From contig CAXXYH010000003.1 in assembly GCA_963677925.2 (NCBI GenBank), positions 192,001-256,000 of the forward strand: a DNA stretch of 64,000 nt. The letters are read 5' to 3'. Each line of letters opens with the position of its first letter. Within the stretch, counting starts at the first letter, position 1. The notes below the pieces were generated by a model, which made no database searches, was not told the DNA's origin, and saw only the letters and a program-made list of their open reading frames with translations. This DNA is from Spirochaetia bacterium. Its GTDB lineage: Bacteria; Spirochaetota; Spirochaetia; UBA9216. Below, piece after piece: positions 1 to 11,386 of the stretch. Position numbers and translations under genes: made by a program.

Positions 1-137
1 AGTCTTATTTCATTTCCTTTATAACGCACTTCAGCACTAAGCAGTGCTTCTATGGCTTTTAAATTTTCATCATTGGCACCGCAAAGTTCAGTAAGAACTC
101 CATGGTCTTCAAGGACAATTGTAAGATTGCTGTTCAA
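1..137 (-). CDS. phoH: PhoH family protein, 5' part (runs off window start)
   Basis: Manual translation from TTG at 137 with AGGAG SD at 143-147: MNSNLTIVLEDHGVLTELCGANDENLKAIEALLSAEVRYKGNEIR. This resembles the PhoH/YbeZ N-terminus (G.ND.NL..IE..L...I..RGNE). Confidence 0.75.
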   Translation of the reverse strand, partial: MNSNLTIVLEDHGVLTELCGANDENLKAIEALLSAEVRYKGNEIR

Positions 138-155
138 GTCTTCTCCTTATGGACA

Positions 156-185
156 AGTGTAGCTAATCACGACGCGATGAGTCAA
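156..185 (-). promoter_or_regulatory. putative sigma70 promoter of phoH
   Basis: TTGACT-18 nt-TACACT on the minus strand just upstream of the AGGAG SD. Confidence 0.45.
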
Positions 186-186
186 G

Positions 187-3100
187 TTAAAAACTTATTT
201 CACCGTTATCTATGCTGATATCTGATTTGATTTCAGGAATACCCTTCCATTTCATACTAATTGTAATCTCGGTCCCCCAATCGTACTGGTACTCACTGCC
301 GCTTTCATCAATATACGGGGAACCGCTGTAAGTCAGATTAAGATCCCAGTCATGAAGATCATGTGTAAGAGTAATATTCATATTCTTAAGATTAAAATTC
401 GATCTGCGACGATCCTCCACATCAAAAAAATTAAAAGATTTATACAGATCATCGAAGAGACTAAGAGTGCTGACTCCTGTCTCCTCTGCAAGAGAAGGGA
501 AATAACGGAAAACAGCCAGATTCTGGCTGTTGGTTGAAATAGTCAGATTCATAAACTCAAAAATATCAACTTTCAAAGCAAAAGTGAATAAAAATTGTGA
601 TTCTGTGTATTCAATCAAATTAAAATCAAGACTGCTGTCTATATCTACAGAGAATTCCGCTCTGTTTTTCCAGAAAAGCCCGGTTGAATAACTGGTTTCG
701 TAAGAGGCAGTAATACTTGAAGGAATGAAAGCTTCTTCATCTTCATCGATCCAGCCGCTGTCCGAATCAAAATATTCAGGATAAGTATTAGCCATTTTAT
801 ATTCTGCTGTAAAATCCCATAGTTTCAATTTAGCTGAAAGATTTACAGGTTCATCATTTTCAAAATCATAAATTAGATTAGTATATAGATTTAAATTTCC
901 GTCAAAAAGATTAAGCTGACCAGTCGAAGTGTTTGTCTCGAAAAAAGATTCTTCATAATTATAATTAAAGCTGTTGCTTAAATAGGTATTATCAAAAAAA
1001 GTAATTTTTTCAAGAACCGTTAGCGGATCATAAACAAATTCATCATCTTCAAGACTTAAAGCAGTGTTCAGTGTGGTTTTTGACGGACCAAAGGACATCT
1101 GAAAATCGGCACTTGAATCAAAATCAACCGGAGGAAGTGTAGTTTTTAGTGTCAGCTTATGACTGTATGCACCGATTTCAAGCGGGAAATACATCTGAAG
1201 CGTTTGTACACTGATATGCTCTGTATCCCACTGAAATGTATCAGTTACAAACATCTCATCATCAGATTCATAACTGTAATCATAAAAAACAGTTGAAAGA
1301 TTATAGCTTAAATTAGTTCCGGAAAAATAATCTTCGTCGACTGAAGGATAATATTTTAAAGTAAAAACATCTTTGATATTTAAATTTGTTGATTCCTTGT
1401 CTTCCAGCAAATAATTATCTGCAGTATCTTCATCCAGCAGATCCATATTATAGTGCTGATTATATTTACCGCTGAAATTTACATTATTTGTTATTTTTAT
1501 TTTATCGTAAAAAAAATCACCGGTATATTTCAAACTTGAACTAAGGCTCATACTCTGATAGCTGTACTCAACTGCGTTATCTATATCTTCAGGAGTATCC
1601 CATTCCTCATCATAATACTGACTTTTATTTGTGAAAGACGGGCTTATTGTATAACTTAGACTGTTATCCATGAATGACCCGCTGAGATTTGAATTATCAA
1701 AATCAAAATCAATATCTTTCTGCATCTCTGGAAGTCTGCTTTCAGGCTCGTCTGTAATACTGTTTTTACCATTTTCATGTTCAGAATCATTCTGCCAGGG
1801 TGATCTTAAACTGATATCCACGGTTTCATTTTCTTCATCTGATGTTTCAGTTTCACTTACAGAACTGTTTTTAAAAGGCAGAATCGCACCTGATATACTG
1901 GCACTGACAGAAGGGAAAATGATGCTGTCGGGATAATAAAAATTATTAACGGTATTATCTTCCCAGTCATCAGGAAAATCAGAAGAAACCCAGTTTATAT
2001 ATGCATCAAGGTCACTGATACTTAAAGATTTTAAATAAGGTGACAGAAATTTTAAATCAGGGCTGTAAGATGTCTGCAAGCCCCATTTATAAGAAGAAAC
2101 AGTAGTTGAACTAGTTGTCTCTTCTGCGGAAGTTTCCAGTCCGACAAAATCAGCAAGATCCAGTGTTTCAGAACGTGCTGAATAATCACTCAGAATATCT
2201 TCATCAGAATAAAAAGGCAGATCAAGCTGAAGATTGAATTTTCCCAAACTTAAACTTGTAGATAGATCAAAAGCATATCTGAACGGCAGATTGGTTTTAT
2301 AGAAATATGAAGAGAGCCATACAGGGGAATACACACCTTCATCATCCTTATACAGATAAGTGCCGTTATCCGTCAGGCGCTTCCCGGCAAGGGATGTATA
2401 AACTGAAAGGTTATCAAGAACACCAAGCTCTTTAAGATCACCATCCAGAGCCGTAAAATAGCCGTACACAGAGTAATAATCAAACAGCAGTTTTAAATAG
2501 TTATTACCGTTATTTCCGTAATCCTGAATTTTTTTTGAAAAGTCAGAAGGGTCGGGGTCATCAGTTAGAAATATACCGCTAAGTTTCTGATAACCACTTT
2601 CCTCATCACTCTGCAGAAATGAAAATGAGGTCTGATCATCATCTTTTTTTCCAATAAGATAAGTTGTAGTCTGTAAAAAATAACCATAACTGTCTTTATA
2701 CCCAAAAACTGGATTAAAGAATATTTCGTCTCCGGTTTTTATAAGACCCGGAATATAGAGCATTGGAATACGCCCTACATACAAAACCCCGTTATATATT
2801 GCCCATTCATCGCCGCTGAGAAGCCATATCTTATCGGCTTTTATTTTATAATGCGGGTCATCTGAACTGCATGAGGTTATTTCACCCTTTTTTAGTATTA
2901 CATAATTCTCAGCTGTTTTATTTATTAAATCACCCTTAAAGTAAAATTTAACGCTGGAATCTTCTATTTCTTTGTCTTCCTGTGAAACGCCTTTATCAAA
3001 TAAACCTTCCCAATTCTCAACATTGAAAGTAATTGCGTTTCCTGTGAAATGTTCTGTTTTATCACTTCCTTCAAGCTGGTAGTCTATGTTGCCTACAGCA

Positions 3101-3624
3101 CTTAGAAAATTTTCTTTAAAATTGAAAAGAATAGTATCGGCCTTGATTATATGGATTTCCCCGGTTTCTTCATCTTTCATCTTAAGAAAAACATCGCCGC
3201 TTATTTTCACATAATTTTCATCTACAGGTTCTATGGTGAAATAATCAAGATTATCAGCTTTTTCAATTGTTATTATATTACCCTTACCATTTGTCTGATT
3301 ATCACGGGACGGCGGAGAATTATTAACTTTATAATAAGTGTAAAGTTTTTTCCGAAGTTCATTTATGGTTCCTGAAGAATCAAGTCCCAACCTTTCACAC
3401 CAGTGTTTAAGTTCATAATAATCTGCTGTAGAAATGTCATAATAAAGCGTTCTGTCATAAAGACTGAGTGCTTCTGAACTCAAAGATTCATCTATTTCGG
3501 TAATTTCTGTTTCGGGTTCTGGTGCAGGAATACCATCATCAGATGATGCTTCCTGACTGTAAACCTGCCAGCCTGATAAGAGAATAAAAAAGAATACTGA
3601 AAAAACTAACTTTCTGATATTCAG
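187..3624 (-). CDS. lptD: LPS-assembly protein LptD/OstA-like outer-membrane beta-barrel (spirochaete long form)
   Basis: Contains ITSC...PHYKIKA.KIWL....W motif, FFNPVFGY, an aromatic-rich barrel region and a terminal Phe. The track ORF (3483) lacks a signal peptide. The frame stays open to a CTG at 3624, giving [25 protein letters not shown] (signal peptide). Confidence 0.8.
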   Translation of the reverse strand: MNIRKLVFSVFFFILLSGWQVYSQEASSDDGIPAPEPETEITEIDESLSSEALSLYDRTLYYDISTADYYELKHWCERLGLDSSGTINELRKKLYTYYKVNNSPPSRDNQTNGKGNIITIEKADNLDYFTIEPVDENYVKISGDVFLKMKDEETGEIHIIKADTILFNFKENFLSAVGNIDYQLEGSDKTEHFTGNAITFNVENWEGLFDKGVSQEDKEIEDSSVKFYFKGDLINKTAENYVILKKGEITSCSSDDPHYKIKADKIWLLSGDEWAIYNGVLYVGRIPMLYIPGLIKTGDEIFFNPVFGYKDSYGYFLQTTTYLIGKKDDDQTSFSFLQSDEESGYQKLSGIFLTDDPDPSDFSKKIQDYGNNGNNYLKLLFDYYSVYGYFTALDGDLKELGVLDNLSVYTSLAGKRLTDNGTYLYKDDEGVYSPVWLSSYFYKTNLPFRYAFDLSTSLSLGKFNLQLDLPFYSDEDILSDYSARSETLDLADFVGLETSAEETTSSTTVSSYKWGLQTSYSPDLKFLSPYLKSLSISDLDAYINWVSSDFPDDWEDNTVNNFYYPDSIIFPSVSASISGAILPFKNSSVSETETSDEENETVDISLRSPWQNDSEHENGKNSITDEPESRLPEMQKDIDFDFDNSNLSGSFMDNSLSYTISPSFTNKSQYYDEEWDTPEDIDNAVEYSYQSMSLSSSLKYTGDFFYDKIKITNNVNFSGKYNQHYNMDLLDEDTADNYLLEDKESTNLNIKDVFTLKYYPSVDEDYFSGTNLSYNLSTVFYDYSYESDDEMFVTDTFQWDTEHISVQTLQMYFPLEIGAYSHKLTLKTTLPPVDFDSSADFQMSFGPSKTTLNTALSLEDDEFVYDPLTVLEKITFFDNTYLSNSFNYNYEESFFETNTSTGQLNLFDGNLNLYTNLIYDFENDEPVNLSAKLKLWDFTAEYKMANTYPEYFDSDSGWIDEDEEAFIPSSITASYETSYSTGLFWKNRAEFSVDIDSSLDFNLIEYTESQFLFTFALKVDIFEFMNLTISTNSQNLAVFRYFPSLAEETGVSTLSLFDDLYKSFNFFDVEDRRRSNFNLKNMNITLTHDLHDWDLNLTYSGSPYIDESGSEYQYDWGTEITISMKWKGIPEIKSDISIDNGEISF

Positions 3625-6440
3625 GTTAAAACATCCTTAAGATAATGGCCTGTGTATGACTCTTTACTCTCTGCCACTTCTTCCGGAGTTCCTGATGCAA
3701 CAATAGTACCGCCGCGAACTCCCCCTTCAGGACCCAGATCTATAATATGATCGGCCTGCTTAATAACATCCAGATTATGTTCGATTAGAACGATTGTGTT
3801 CCCTTTTTCAACCAGAAGCTGCAGCACCTCAAGAAGTTTTTTTACATCAGCAAAATGCAGTCCTGTAGTAGGTTCATCAAGTATATAAAATGTTTTGCCG
3901 GTACTTCGCTTTGAGAGTTCGAGTGCAAGCTTAACCCGCTGAGCTTCCCCTCCTGAAAGAGTTAAGGCTGACTGTCCAAGCTTTATATACTCAAGTCCGA
4001 CATCGCTGAGTGTCTGGAGTTTGTTTCTTATCTTTGGTATTTTATCAAAGAACTCCAGACCTTCCTCTACGGTCATCTCAAGAACTTCATAGATGTTCTT
4101 ACCCTTATATCTGATATCAAGTGTTTCACGGTTAAACCGCCTTCCTCCGCATACGTCACAGGTTACATATACATCGGGAAGGAAGTGCATCTCGATTTTC
4201 TTAGTTCCATCACCCTGACATTGCTCACAGCGGCCGCCTTTAACGTTAAATGAGAATCTTCCGGGTTTATATCCTCGGGCTTTTGATTCCGGTAAATTTG
4301 AAAAAAGATCTCTGACAGGAGTGAATAATCCTACATATGTAGCCGGATTAGAACGAGGAGTTCTGCCGATAGGACTTTGATCAATGTTTATTATTTTATC
4401 AATATGCTCCAGACCTTCTACAGATTCATGCTTACCGCATGATATATTTGATCTGTTAATTTTATTGTTAATTGCCGGATACAGGATATCACCAAGAAGA
4501 GTGGATTTTCCGCTGCCGGAGACCCCGGTTATTACGATAAATTTCCCGAGAGGAAAATCCGCATTAACATTTTTCAAATTATGTTCTGTGGCCCCTGTGA
4601 TCTTTATAAATTGTCCGTTTCCTTCCCTTCTTTTTTCAGGCACATCAATTTTAATTTTTCCAGACAAATATTGACCAGTCAGGCTTTTTTCATTTTTAAC
4701 AACCTGCTCATAAGTCCCCTGTGCTGTAATGTAACCACCATGAACCCCGGCGCCTGGCCCCAGATCTACGATATAATCAGCTGTTTTAAGGGTTTGTTCA
4801 TCATGTTCTACAACAACAAGGGTGTTGCCTATATCCCGCAGATGCTTGAGAGTATCTATGAGACGCTGATTATCCCGCTGATGAAGACCGATTGTGGGTT
4901 CATCAAGGATATAAAGAACTCCGACCAGCGAGGAGCCGATCTGAGTAGCAAGTCTTATTCTCTGAGCCTCGCCTCCGGACAGGGTCGAAGCCTTTCTTTC
5001 AAGATCAAGATAATCCAGCCCTACACTTATCATAAATCCAAGCCTTGAATTGATCTCTTTAAGAATCTGGTTGGATATCTTTGCCTCGGTTTCCGTGAGA
5101 TCAAGATTTTCAAAAAATTTCTGAGCATCGCCTACGGTCAGACAAGTAACTTCATTAATATTCTTACCGTTAACCAGAACGCCTAAACTTTCTTTTCTCA
5201 GACGTTTACCGCCGCAGGCTGTACATTCATTCTGGCTCATGAAGCCTTCCAGCCATTCCTTTATGTAACTGCTGGAAGATTCAAGGTATCTTCTTTTTAA
5301 CTCTGCAAGAATACCGTTAAAATTGGTAGTGTATTCAAATTTTCCGGTTTTTTTACTGTTTACGTAACTGACATCGATCTTATCTTTAGTTCCGTAAAGG
5401 ATGGTATCTATAATTTTTTCAGGCAGTTTGTCAAATGGAGTATCAAGACTGAATTTATAATGGCTGGAAAGAGCCTCAAACCAGCTTCTATGCCAATTTG
5501 CCTCGGGATTATGTGTTTTTACAGCTCCCTCGTTAAAAGAAAGGCTCATATCCGGAATTACAAGGTTTTTATCAAACTCAAGTGTCATTCCCAATCCGGA
5601 GCATACCGGACAGGCACCCTCCGGATTATTAAAAGAAAACAGTCTGGGTTCCAGCTCGGGTATGCTTATTCCGCAGTGAGCACAGGAATTTTTTATTGAG
5701 AAAAACTCTGAATTTTCATCTTTCTCCTCTTTTTTTATTACAAGTATCTGCCCATCTGCTACCTCAAGACAGGTCTCAACCGATTCAGCTACACGCTTTC
5801 TAATTTCATTATTTATTATCAGACGATCAACAATAATTTCTATTGTGTGCTTTTTATTTTTTTCAAGGCTGATGGGTTCATCAAGGTTTACTGGTACACC
5901 ATCAATTCGAGCCCTTGCGAAACCGGCTTTTGAGGCATCTTCAAGAATCTTCTGATGTTCGCCTTTCTTACCTTTTATGACCGGTGCAAGAAGCATAATC
6001 CTGCTGTTCTCAGAATAGGACATTACTGTGTCTATAATCTGATCCACTGACTGTTCTTTTATCTCTCTGCCGCAGTCCGGGCAGTGGGGCTTGCCTATTC
6101 TTGCAAATAGCAGCCTGAGATAATCATATATTTCGGTAACTGTACCTACCGTAGACCTGGGATTCCTGTGTGTGGTCTTCTGTTCTATTGAAATAGCTGG
6201 CGATAACCCCTCAATATAGTCTAGATCAGGTTTATCCAGACGTCCAAGAAACTGTCTGGCATAAGAGGAGAGACTTTCTACATACCGCCGCTGTCCTTCT
6301 GCAAAAATTGTATCGAATGCAAGCGATGATTTACCGCTGCCGCTTAATCCTGAGATAACAATAAAACTGTCTCTTGGAAGTTCAAGGCTGATATTTTTAA
6401 GGTTGTGCTCCCTTGCGCCTTTAATTATTATTTTGTCCAT
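3621..6440 (-). CDS. uvrA: excinuclease ABC subunit A
   Basis: GAREHNLKN, two Walker A motifs ([16 protein letters not shown]), LSGGEAQR signatures, Zn fingers; 939 aa. Confidence 0.98.
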   Translation of the reverse strand: MDKIIIKGAREHNLKNISLELPRDSFIVISGLSGSGKSSLAFDTIFAEGQRRYVESLSSYARQFLGRLDKPDLDYIEGLSPAISIEQKTTHRNPRSTVGTVTEIYDYLRLLFARIGKPHCPDCGREIKEQSVDQIIDTVMSYSENSRIMLLAPVIKGKKGEHQKILEDASKAGFARARIDGVPVNLDEPISLEKNKKHTIEIIVDRLIINNEIRKRVAESVETCLEVADGQILVIKKEEKDENSEFFSIKNSCAHCGISIPELEPRLFSFNNPEGACPVCSGLGMTLEFDKNLVIPDMSLSFNEGAVKTHNPEANWHRSWFEALSSHYKFSLDTPFDKLPEKIIDTILYGTKDKIDVSYVNSKKTGKFEYTTNFNGILAELKRRYLESSSSYIKEWLEGFMSQNECTACGGKRLRKESLGVLVNGKNINEVTCLTVGDAQKFFENLDLTETEAKISNQILKEINSRLGFMISVGLDYLDLERKASTLSGGEAQRIRLATQIGSSLVGVLYILDEPTIGLHQRDNQRLIDTLKHLRDIGNTLVVVEHDEQTLKTADYIVDLGPGAGVHGGYITAQGTYEQVVKNEKSLTGQYLSGKIKIDVPEKRREGNGQFIKITGATEHNLKNVNADFPLGKFIVITGVSGSGKSTLLGDILYPAINNKINRSNISCGKHESVEGLEHIDKIINIDQSPIGRTPRSNPATYVGLFTPVRDLFSNLPESKARGYKPGRFSFNVKGGRCEQCQGDGTKKIEMHFLPDVYVTCDVCGGRRFNRETLDIRYKGKNIYEVLEMTVEEGLEFFDKIPKIRNKLQTLSDVGLEYIKLGQSALTLSGGEAQRVKLALELSKRSTGKTFYILDEPTTGLHFADVKKLLEVLQLLVEKGNTIVLIEHNLDVIKQADHIIDLGPEGGVRGGTIVASGTPEEVAESKESYTGHYLKDVLT

Positions 6441-6474
6441 ACTTAGAGAAAGTTACGATTAATTTCTTTGCTGT

Positions 6475-7413
6475 TCAAGTGCGGGGGGAAATCAGGGGCT
6501 CGATGAATGGTGAATTCAGCTGTCGGGTTGACCTGATAGACCAAATGCTCTCCGGGCTGTCATAATCTTTTATTATCTGCCAAAGCTCATTTGAGACATC
6601 AAGATTCCCCTCTGCATACAAAGCTGCTGCCAGATAGTAGGCCGAACGGAAAAAACTGTTTTCCTGCATATATTCTGTGAGTATGTAATCTGCCAGCATA
6701 GATGAAATATGATCTCTGACCGTAGTGTATTCATAATCACCTCTTTTCTCATATAAATACTCAAATCCGGTAGATAAAATAGATACGAAGGGAACAGTTA
6801 AATTCAATTCAGCTTCGGAATAGCGTCCGGTCTGATAATAGAAAATACCCAGGCTAATACGTGCGCTGTTGAATTTTCCGTCGGTATATCGGTAAAGTTC
6901 GAAGAGCTTATCTACACCTCGATTGTTAAGGACATCTGTCATTGCATAAAAAAGCCTGAAGTTTGTGTTGAAGCCCTCGTCATTCTCTATAATATCTATC
7001 AGTATTTTTTCATACTTTCCATACTGACTCGTAACACGGTATATTTCAGTAAGTCTGTACATCAGGGTGAATCTGTCTTCAAGAATATAGAGCTGATTTT
7101 TATTCTCTAGCGCTTTTAAATACTGTTTTTCAGCAAGCAGAGGTTCACCCTCCTGTTCATAAATATATCCCAGCCACATTTCGGCATCGGGAGAAATTGA
7201 GTTTCTGTCAATTATTTCACGGAATATTCTCGAGGCCAAGCCAAGTTCACCCAGTTCAAATGATTCACGGCCTCTTTCCATCATCAGCCATACCGGTAGA
7301 TTATTCATGTATGTATCTTCGATAAAGGCGACTCTTTCCTGGTCGGGTACACGCTGCGCATATATTGATATTGCCAAAAATAGTAGAGAAAAGACTGAAA
7401 TAATCTTTTTCAA
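6475..7413 (-). CDS. secreted tetratricopeptide-repeat protein
   Basis: TTG start, signal peptide (..AISIYA-Q), TPR-like helices (AEMWLGYIYEQEG..LAEKQYLKAL). Confidence 0.7.
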   Translation of the reverse strand: MKKIISVFSLLFLAISIYAQRVPDQERVAFIEDTYMNNLPVWLMMERGRESFELGELGLASRIFREIIDRNSISPDAEMWLGYIYEQEGEPLLAEKQYLKALENKNQLYILEDRFTLMYRLTEIYRVTSQYGKYEKILIDIIENDEGFNTNFRLFYAMTDVLNNRGVDKLFELYRYTDGKFNSARISLGIFYYQTGRYSEAELNLTVPFVSILSTGFEYLYEKRGDYEYTTVRDHISSMLADYILTEYMQENSFFRSAYYLAAALYAEGNLDVSNELWQIIKDYDSPESIWSIRSTRQLNSPFIEPLISPRT

Positions 7414-7416
7414 AAA

Positions 7417-8472
7417 CTAAACCTCAGAATCAAGAGCTTTCAGTTCCTCAAGGAACGCCTCAATACTGTTATTTTCGTCAACTTTTCTAATAATCTTACC
7501 ATGTTTAAAAATAACAGCCTTTTTTCCGCTTCCTGTGATACCCAGATCCGCATGAAGGGCCTCTCCAGGACCGTTTACGATACATCCCATAACAGCAATT
7601 TTCAGAGGCTTTTTAATCAGATAAAGTTCGGAATACACACGGTTTATAAATTCAGTCGTGTTGAAAGTCGAACGGCCGCATCTTGGACATGAAATGATAT
7701 CAACGCCGTAATTACTTTTCCCGCAGGCTTTCAGTATTTCACGGCCTGTAATTACTTCATTAAGCGGAGTATCGGTAAGGGAAACCCGAATAGTGTCTCC
7801 AATTCCTTTTTCAAGAAGTCTGTAAAAAGCTATTGAACTTTTTACAGTGCCTGCTGTTCCCGGGCCGGCTTCGGTAATACCTATGTGCAGAGGATAATCC
7901 CATTTTTGTGAAAATTCTTCATTAGCAGTGATCGTATTCTCAATATCAGAAGCTTTCAGGGAGAAAACCGCATTCCTGAAATTCATTTTTTCAAGAATTT
8001 CAATTTCTTTTTCCGCGGCTTTAATCATTGCATCAGCGATATTGTCTAAACCGGAAACCGTCTCAGGCAATGAACCGGAATTTATTCCGACTCTGATTGG
8101 GATATTGCTGTCGGAAGCTGCAGTTAAAACTTCCCGAACCTTCCATTCAGGTCCAATATTACCCGGATTGATTCGTATCTTATCAATTCCGTTGTTTATA
8201 CATTCAAGAGCAATTTTATAATCAAAATGTATATCTGCAACTACAGGAATGGATATTTGCGGCTTCAGGTTTTTAAGAATACCGGCGCTTTTCATATCAG
8301 GAACTGAAAATCTGATTATATCACAACCGAAATCCTGTAAACTTAGAATCTCATTAACATCTGCTTGTGTAACATTATGCAGACTTCGCTTCCACATTGT
8401 CTGTACAGTCAGTCTGTTCTCACCGCCTACAGCAATCCGGCCTACATTTATTGTGCGTGTTTTATTTTTCAT
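7417..8472 (-). CDS. ispG: (E)-4-hydroxy-3-methylbut-2-enyl-diphosphate synthase
   Basis: VADIHF, RINPGNIG, PLHIGITEAG, GDTIRVSL, SCPRCGR and MGCIVNGPGE motifs. Confidence 0.97.
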   Translation of the reverse strand: MKNKTRTINVGRIAVGGENRLTVQTMWKRSLHNVTQADVNEILSLQDFGCDIIRFSVPDMKSAGILKNLKPQISIPVVADIHFDYKIALECINNGIDKIRINPGNIGPEWKVREVLTAASDSNIPIRVGINSGSLPETVSGLDNIADAMIKAAEKEIEILEKMNFRNAVFSLKASDIENTITANEEFSQKWDYPLHIGITEAGPGTAGTVKSSIAFYRLLEKGIGDTIRVSLTDTPLNEVITGREILKACGKSNYGVDIISCPRCGRSTFNTTEFINRVYSELYLIKKPLKIAVMGCIVNGPGEALHADLGITGSGKKAVIFKHGKIIRKVDENNSIEAFLEELKALDSEV

Positions 8473-8481
8473 TAAGGGGAT

Positions 8482-8505
8482 AAAAGGGGCTGTTTTAGCA
8501 GCCCC
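8482..8505 (-). terminator. intrinsic terminator after atpK
   Basis: Minus strand GGGGCTG-CTAAAA-CAGCCCC followed by TTTT. Confidence 0.6.
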
Positions 8506-8514
8506 ATTCTTCCA

Positions 8515-8934
8515 TTAGATAAGGAACAGGAATGCGAGTACGAGAATAGCTACAGACTCAACAATACCAAGTGCGAGTACATACTGTGCTGTACCCTTAC
8601 CTGTTTCTGACTGAGCATCACAAGCTACTGCCGCTGCTTTACCCTGAAGCCATGCAGACATTCCGATAGCAAGTCCGCCGAAAAGTCCGGTTGCAAGCTG
8701 TTTCATGTCGCCTGTTTTTGCAGGAACAACTACGAGCATTACCAGAAATCCGTAGAGTGTCTGAGAAAGAGGGAAACCTACGAACGCTGCAAGAAGCATA
8801 CTTGGCGCTTTATTTGCTGCAAGTGCTTTCTTCCATGCTCCAACCGCGCCCTGTGCGGCTGTACCACATCCAAGTGCTGAACCTACTGCTGCAAGACCTA
8901 ATGCTGCAGCCTGACCAATAATTCCAAAACTCAT
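8515..8934 (-). CDS. atpK: V/A-type ATP synthase subunit K (c-ring, 4 TM)
   Basis: Hydrophobic 139 aa; PLSQTLYG, SAWLQG and IVESVAIL motifs. Confidence 0.95.
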   Translation of the reverse strand: MSFGIIGQAAALGLAAVGSALGCGTAAQGAVGAWKKALAANKAPSMLLAAFVGFPLSQTLYGFLVMLVVVPAKTGDMKQLATGLFGGLAIGMSAWLQGKAAAVACDAQSETGKGTAQYVLALGIVESVAILVLAFLFLI

Positions 8935-10772
8935 ATAAATTCTCCTTTATAGCTTTGACTTTCGTCGACACTAACCTTAAAGGGGTCGTATTTAAATCCG
9001 GACCATTCGACGCCGACTTTTCCGGAATATTCCAGGATATTCAAACGCACTGCATGTACAAGAATTGCCATAAGACCAAGTACAATGTTAAGCGTATGAC
9101 CGATTATAATAATTAAAATACCAAACACTATCATCCAGCTGCCGGACATTCCAGCTCCAAGCTGATTAAATGTTTCCGCAATTTTTACTGATGCAAGTCC
9201 AACGGCAAACAGCCTTACGTAGGACATGATATCCGAAAATGTTCCTACAACATCAAGGAAAAGCTGCAGAAAGTTAGTTAAAGAATTAATAATTCCCTTT
9301 ACAAAACTCTGACCCTCTTCCTGTCCGCCGAATAAGAATATTACAGCTACTCCACCAAGAAGCAGATACATCATCTGTTTCGGGTAGGTATCCAGCCCTG
9401 CACGTCTTACTACAAGCACAAGGACTAGGTAGTAAACTGCTATAAGTACAGCAAACCATCCAATCTGTGCGAAACTGTTCTTTTTCGGAAAATTCTTTTT
9501 AAAGTTCTGAACAACTCCGATTAGAAGCTGAACAATACCAAGAAAAAAGCTTATCCCCATTACAACAGCAATCTGTTCTTCATCACTGCCCTTAAAAACA
9601 TCAAGTTTAAGCGCGGCAATCGGACCGATCTCCATGATGCTCTGGCTTGCAAACCAGGTGCCCGTGACAATACCCCAGGCAATTGTAGTTACACTGAGCA
9701 GCAGAAGAAGGAATACCGCCTTTGGTATAGGTTTCTTCTTAGAACCGAATGCAATCATCACAACAGCAGTTACTGCAAGAAAAATCAGGCCGTAACCAGC
9801 ATCACCGATAAGCATTGCAGTAAAAATTGAAAAGAAACACAGGAAGAAAAAGCTTATATCATATTCCCTGTAACCGGGAAGTATTCCGAGAAAATCAAGA
9901 ACCGGAGACAGCATTGAAGTGAACTTTCCTACCTTAAGTTCTGTTGGAACTTCATCTTCTTCTGTCGGTTCTTCAATTAGCAGTCCCCAGCCTTCCTCAG
10001 CGGCTTTAGCCTTAAGTTTTTCAAGTTTCTCAACAGGACAGAACCCGCTCAAATAGGACAGTTCCTCTTCCTTGTTGATTCCTGATCTTACATTTTCATA
10101 TACAAGATCCTGATCAATTATCTTAAGACCTTCAGACAGAGGAATCCTCATTGAGGACATCTCTTCCAGTTCTTTATTAAGCTTGTTAAGAACTCCGCTC
10201 AGCGCAGATTTTTCCTTGCTAAGTTCAGTTAAACTTTTTTCAGGTAAATCAAGAATTTCAACCGACTTTAAATTTTCAGGTATATTGCCCACAACAGCAA
10301 AGAACTGATTATTTTTAGTAACAGCAACCCTGAAACTGTTTTCGCCAGTGAAGAGCGCCTCATCAGATTTTTTAGCCTTAAAAACTGTAATTTTCAGATT
10401 TTTATCTTCAAGAGTTTTTAAAAGAGAAGGATCAAAATCTCCCAGCGGTCCAATCTTTTCAACTTCCCTGACAATAGCTAAAATACGCTCGTTAGCCGCC
10501 TGCTTTTCTGCCACTTTCTCAAGGATTGCATCTGCTTTCTCCAGAGAATCCATGATTCCGCTAAAGGCCTGCGGCTCTATTCCGCTGATTGCTGGTACAT
10601 ACACCAGAGCACTTGAAAGTTTATCCCTTAGAGAAGAAAGATGTTCGAATTTTTCACCATTGCCTTTTAATGCATTAAGATGAAGAACTCCAAGTCTTCT
10701 CAGCTGCTTTAATGATTCATCTCTGTATTTATCAAGCAGTACAAGGGAGACTTTGTTCATTTTTACTATCAT
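8931..10772 (-). CDS. atpI: V/A-type ATP synthase subunit I
   Basis: GDAGYG, SDIMSYVRLFAVGLA and HAVRLNILE motifs. Confidence 0.95.
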   Translation of the reverse strand: MIVKMNKVSLVLLDKYRDESLKQLRRLGVLHLNALKGNGEKFEHLSSLRDKLSSALVYVPAISGIEPQAFSGIMDSLEKADAILEKVAEKQAANERILAIVREVEKIGPLGDFDPSLLKTLEDKNLKITVFKAKKSDEALFTGENSFRVAVTKNNQFFAVVGNIPENLKSVEILDLPEKSLTELSKEKSALSGVLNKLNKELEEMSSMRIPLSEGLKIIDQDLVYENVRSGINKEEELSYLSGFCPVEKLEKLKAKAAEEGWGLLIEEPTEEDEVPTELKVGKFTSMLSPVLDFLGILPGYREYDISFFFLCFFSIFTAMLIGDAGYGLIFLAVTAVVMIAFGSKKKPIPKAVFLLLLLSVTTIAWGIVTGTWFASQSIMEIGPIAALKLDVFKGSDEEQIAVVMGISFFLGIVQLLIGVVQNFKKNFPKKNSFAQIGWFAVLIAVYYLVLVLVVRRAGLDTYPKQMMYLLLGGVAVIFLFGGQEEGQSFVKGIINSLTNFLQLFLDVVGTFSDIMSYVRLFAVGLASVKIAETFNQLGAGMSGSWMIVFGILIIIIGHTLNIVLGLMAILVHAVRLNILEYSGKVGVEWSGFKYDPFKVSVDESQSYKGEFI

Positions 10773-11371
10773 GCATCAGCCCCCTTTACAACTTTGCCCT
10801 TTGCCATCTTGCCCCTTACAACCGCAGCAGTCTGCTGGTCGCCGAGGTAGATACCGATTTTCCTGATTACCTCTTTGGTCTCAGGTATCTTTACCTTTTC
10901 GAAGAGATTAACTCTCTGAGTTGTTGTTCGAAGTTCATTATCAAGAAGCTCTTTAGCTTCAATAAGAACTTCGATTTCAGCATTCAGAGAAGCAAGCTCT
11001 TTCATGGTGATAATACCCTTATCAACCCAGAGCGGCATCATGAATAAATCATATCCAACAGGCATAAATTCCAGTTTTTTAAAGACAGGGATATCTACAC
11101 CTGCAATATTGCCGCGTTCCCTCTCTATTTCCTTTATCTGCAGAAGATCTCCGATGCCTGTATCTTCACCGAAAACACCAATCCAGTCTTCAAGTGAATC
11201 CTGGTATTTTGATATCTCTTTTCGCTTAGCCTCTATATCAGCTTCAAACTGACGGATAACCAGCTGCAGCTGCTGTTTTTTCAGCTGCAGAGTAGGCAGA
11301 TATCTGGTGAATCGCTTCAGAGCATCTTTCTGTTTCTTCTGCTCATTTTTGGTAAGCTTTACCTTTGCCAT
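10769..11371 (-). CDS. atpD: V/A-type ATP synthase subunit D
   Basis: YLPTLQLKK, TTQRVNLFEKVKIP. Confidence 0.95.
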   Translation of the reverse strand: MAKVKLTKNEQKKQKDALKRFTRYLPTLQLKKQQLQLVIRQFEADIEAKRKEISKYQDSLEDWIGVFGEDTGIGDLLQIKEIERERGNIAGVDIPVFKKLEFMPVGYDLFMMPLWVDKGIITMKELASLNAEIEVLIEAKELLDNELRTTTQRVNLFEKVKIPETKEVIRKIGIYLGDQQTAAVVRGKMAKGKVVKGADA

Positions 11372-11386
11372 ATAGCCCGTCCGTTT

